Source: Dehalococcoidia bacterium (GTDB lineage Bacteria > Chloroflexota > Dehalococcoidia > Plut-88900). Taken from it: DNA of 64,000 nucleotides. Where the stretch lies: contig OZ240215.1 of assembly GCA_965197585.1 (NCBI GenBank), positions 1,600,001-1,664,000 of the forward strand, given 5' to 3'. Positions 62,883 through 64,000 of this stretch are shown piece by piece. The notes beneath the pieces were generated by a model. That model ran no database searches. It worked only from the letters and a program-made list of their open reading frames with translations, and was not told where the DNA came from. Position 1 is the stretch's first letter; each line of letters opens with the position of its first letter. Both the position numbers and the translations under genes were made by a program.

Positions 62883-64000
62883 TTACGCCATGTCTCCCCA
62901 GTTGGGGCCCATCTTTACATCCACGTTCAGGGGTACGCTCAACTCCAGCGCCGAAGACATGACCTCTCTCGCCAGCCCAGCCATCTCCTCCACTTCATCC
63001 GACGGCGTCTCGAAGATTAGCTCGTCGTGGACCTGAAGAAGCATCCTGCTCCTCATATGGGCCTCGTCCATCCGGTTCTGCATCCCGATCATCGCCAGCT
63101 TCGTTATCTCCGCCGACGTGCCCTGGATGGGCATGTTGATAGCCATCCTCTCGGCAGCCATCCTAACGTTGTGGTTCCTCGAGTTTAACTCCGGGAAGTG
63201 CCGCCGCCGACCCAGCACCGTCTGCACGTACCCCTGCGCCCGAGCCTTGTGCTTCGTCACCTCCATGTACTCCTTGACTCCCGGGTACCGCTCAAAATAC
63301 TGGTTTATGAAGGTCTGGGCCTCTTCGTTGGAAAGCTCCGTCCAGGACGCCAGCCCGAACCCGCTGATCCCATAGATGATCCCGAAGTTTATCGTCTTAG
63401 CAATCCGGCGCATTTCCGATGTGACCTCGTCCATCGGGACACCATATACAAATGAAGCAGTTGCAGCGTGAATGTCCGCCCCGTCATGGAATGCCTTTAT
63501 CAGGCTCGGGTCCTCCGATATATGCGCCAGCACCCGTAGGTCTATCTGCGAATAGTCCGCCGCCAGCAATACCCAGTCCGGGTGGTCCTGCGCAATGAAC
63601 GCATGCCGCACCTGGCCGCCCAGTTCCGTGCGAATCGGTATGTTCTGCAGGTTCGGATCGTTGCTCGACACCCGACCCGTCACAGTCCCCGTCTGGTTGA
63701 ACGTCGTGTGCACCCGACCCGTGTTCGGGTTCACCAGCGACGGCAAAGCATCCAGATATGTCGATTTGAGCTTAGATATCTGCCGGAACTCGAGCATCTT
63801 TTCCACCATCGGATGCGCGCCCCTCAGTCCTTCCAACACCCGTGCATCCGTCGAGAACCCGCTCTTGGTCCGCTTGGCGCTCGGCAGCGACAGCTCTTTG
63901 AACAGTACGTCACCAAGCTGCTTCGGCGAATTAATGTTGAACCGGTGCCCGACGTCGTCATAGATCCCCCCCTCCAGCACCGCCATCCGCTCCCCCAACT
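62883..64000 (-). CDS. polA: DNA polymerase I, C-terminal polymerase domain (partial)
   Basis: TGRVSSNDPNLQNIP, ADYSQIDLR, AKTINFGIIYG and LQVHDEL motifs. Confidence 0.98.
   Translation of the reverse strand, partial: LGERMAVLEGGIYDDVGHRFNINSPKQLGDVLFKELSLPSAKRTKSGFSTDARVLEGLRGAHPMVEKMLEFRQISKLKSTYLDALPSLVNPNTGRVHTTFNQTGTVTGRVSSNDPNLQNIPIRTELGGQVRHAFIAQDHPDWVLLAADYSQIDLRVLAHISEDPSLIKAFHDGADIHAATASFVYGVPMDEVTSEMRRIAKTINFGIIYGISGFGLASWTELSNEEAQTFINQYFERYPGVKEYMEVTKHKARAQGYVQTVLGRRRHFPELNSRNHNVRMAAERMAINMPIQGTSAEITKLAMIGMQNRMDEAHMRSRMLLQVHDELIFETPSDEVEEMAGLAREVMSSALELSVPLNVDVKMGPNWGDMA

Overview
A 64-kb bacterial chromosomal segment, about 60% GC by eye. Gene content points to Chloroflexota, most likely Dehalococcoidia/SAR202-like (inference from the expanded amidohydrolase-2, SDR, CoA-transferase III and LLM families, short EF-Ts and GAAC-N4-GTTC LexA box). 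Core genes: tyrS (partial), ligA, pth, glnA, rplY, lexA, aroH, trpA, rpsB-tsf-pyrH-frr-uppS-cdsA-dxr-rseP...ispG...proS, menFDH/menC/menBA, mutM and polA (partial). Between them sit catabolic accessory genes, including a xanthine-oxidase-family Mo-hydroxylase operon and a DddP-like M24 enzyme, plus toxin-antitoxin genes and relics, one complete IS1182-family element and several families of intergenic palindromic repeats and MITE-like elements. The best novel candidate is a ~640-nt non-coding, extensively self-complementary minus-strand locus (27605-28245). It lies directly behind a near-consensus sigma70 promoter with a LexA-type box between -35 and -10, so it may be an SOS-inducible large structured RNA. 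Also notable: a tandem pair of 38- and 47-aa desulforedoxin-like microproteins, a second rod-like RNA candidate after lexA, and mobile elements nested in palindromic repeats. All RNA structures were paired by eye, and no database search was run.
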